Shown: positions 44,694-45,612 of the stretch, piece after piece
Layout of the letters: each line of letters starts with the position of its first letter
How positions within the stretch are numbered: position 1 is the first letter of the stretch
IMG/VR virus record: IMGVR_UViG_2061766007_000731
Strand: one strand, 5' to 3'
Length of the DNA stretch: 45,612 bases
Source of the DNA: an uncultured virus (IMG/VR IMGVR_UViG_2061766007_000731)
Taxonomy: Duplodnaviria; Heunggongvirae; Uroviricota; Caudoviricetes
Notes under the pieces: generated by a model
Databases searched by the model: none
What the model was told of the DNA's origin: nothing
Seen by the model: only the letters and a program-made list of their open reading frames with translations
Translations under genes and position numbers: made by a program

Positions 44694-45195
44694 TTGTGGC
44701 GGCNNNNNNNNNNNNNNNNNNNNNNNNNNNNNNNNNNNNNNNNNNNNNNNNNTCAACTCCTTCATTCTCTAAATGAGAAACATTTGCCTTTTCAGCTTGT
44801 TAGTTGTTGTTTGTGGTCTGGACTATACCTTCTCCGTATTGAAATCTTGCAAGTTCGTGACTTATCCCTATTACTTGGGGGCTCTCAAAAGCTACATTCT
44901 TTGTCCTTATTATTTCAACTTAGGCGCTCTCCGTCTAGTCTCTACACACTGTCTATAGCTCCGACTTTTATTTTCTGAACTCTTTCGAGGGCCATCCTAG
45001 CTAATAACATTGGCTCGGTATTAACATATTGGCGATAAGCGAGCTTTTCAAGTCCTGCATTACTGCATCCTGCGCTCNNNNNNNNNNNNNNNNNNGAATT
45101 TGGAGAGTTCTACATTAATGATTTCTCATTAAGCATTCAGATTATGATTAAGTTCCGTACTAAAATCCCATGTCTTGCCGTTAGACGACGCCACA
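44694..45195 (-). tRNA. intron-split tRNA with a Gln-like body (anticodon unresolved)
   Basis: 5' half UGUGGCG-UC-GUCU-AACGGCA-AGAC-A-UGGGA-UUUU at 45195-45162; matching 3' acceptor CGCCACA-A at 44701-44694; the rest of the 3' half is in N gap 44704-44752. Confidence 0.8.
44730..45161 (-). mobile_element. ORF-less group I intron in the tRNA anticodon loop (ends approximate)
   Basis: P3 CUCUCC (45107-45102)/GGAGAG (44932-44927), AATACCGAGCCAA (45022-45010), GTGTAGAGACTAG (44947-44935), AAGGTATAGTCC (44831-44820). Confidence 0.88.
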
Positions 45196-45202
45196 ATCAT
45201 TT

Positions 45203-45412
45203 TTAATAAGTTTCGTAAATTAATTTAAGTAATTTTTCAAATTCAATATCACGTTCGTTTTTAGTAGAAAATTTTAATTTCTTTATAACACCTACGCAAA
45301 AGTAAATAAGAATGTTATAATTAATATCATTCGAATATTGAATATCTTGCTTTTCAATATAAGAAATATTATTTACAATAATACTGCAATTTTTATAATG
45401 ATATGCTCTCAT
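45203..45412 (-). CDS. hypothetical protein
   Basis: 69-aa ORF ending just before the split tRNA. Confidence 0.55.
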   Translation of the reverse strand: MRAYHYKNCSIIVNNISYIEKQDIQYSNDINYNILIYFCVGVIKKLKFSTKNERDIEFEKLLKLIYETY

Positions 45413-45612
45413 AAATAAAATTAATACTTTTATTTCATCTGTCGGAGGAAAAAGTATTAAAAACCCGAAAGTCCGCGAGTGTTGGGTTGATCTGTTATAA
45501 CGTTTACCAACTGTCTTATGTTTAGTATCTCATTCAACTTAATGACTACGGATACCCGTTTTGATACGACATAAATGGAATTTGCCACTCTCTCGCCCTT
45601 TCTTATTTCTTT

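Noticed and set aside
727..44978. Plus-strand ORFs in the supplied track
   Set aside because: They are short antisense shadows of minus-strand genes or introns, or run mostly through N, and have no recognisable motifs.
45159..45165. Firm call of an ochre (UUA) suppressor tRNA
   Set aside because: The A-G-U after UUUU may be intron sequence, the 3' exon is in an N gap, and TAA is the dominant true stop in the window. Kept only as an alternative.
1..45612. CRISPR array, DGR/retron reverse transcriptase, inteins
   Set aside because: I saw no regularly spaced repeats, RT motifs or intein termini. The insertions have group I RNA cores and in-frame stops. Content of the N gaps cannot be assessed.

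Overview
This is an AT-rich, almost entirely minus-strand segment of a large Bacteroidota phage. Gene content and order are crAss-like (Crassvirales): PolB, SF2 helicase, DnaB, Sak4-like ATPase, SSB, primase, PD-(D/E)XK exonuclease, NrdDG, dUTPase. The supplied ORF track is fragmented for three reasons: TGA is read as Trp in many genes, about 10 group I introns interrupt genes (8 carry homing endonuclease ORFs), and there are many N gaps. The window encodes an opal-suppressor tRNA (anticodon UCA, 29827-29900), six further intact tRNAs, GroEL, an AAA+ ATPase, an IMPDH/GMP reductase-like enzyme, two metallophosphoesterases, an RNA ligase and a phiEco32-like amidoligase/glutamine amidotransferase cluster. 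Three observations stand out. (i) A tRNA-Gln-like gene (44694-45195) is split in its anticodon loop by a phage-type group I intron. (ii) TGA recoding is partitioned gene by gene, so the replisome, most dNTP-supply genes and the homing endonucleases would depend on the suppressor tRNA, while the RNA ligase, exonuclease and most genes right of about 26 kb use only TGG. (iii) Host-type Bacteroidota promoters sit inside introns in front of TGA-containing endonucleases. All calls were made by eye without database searches. Splice sites are inferred from P1 U-G pairing, the terminal G and frame restoration, and coordinates near N gaps are approximate.
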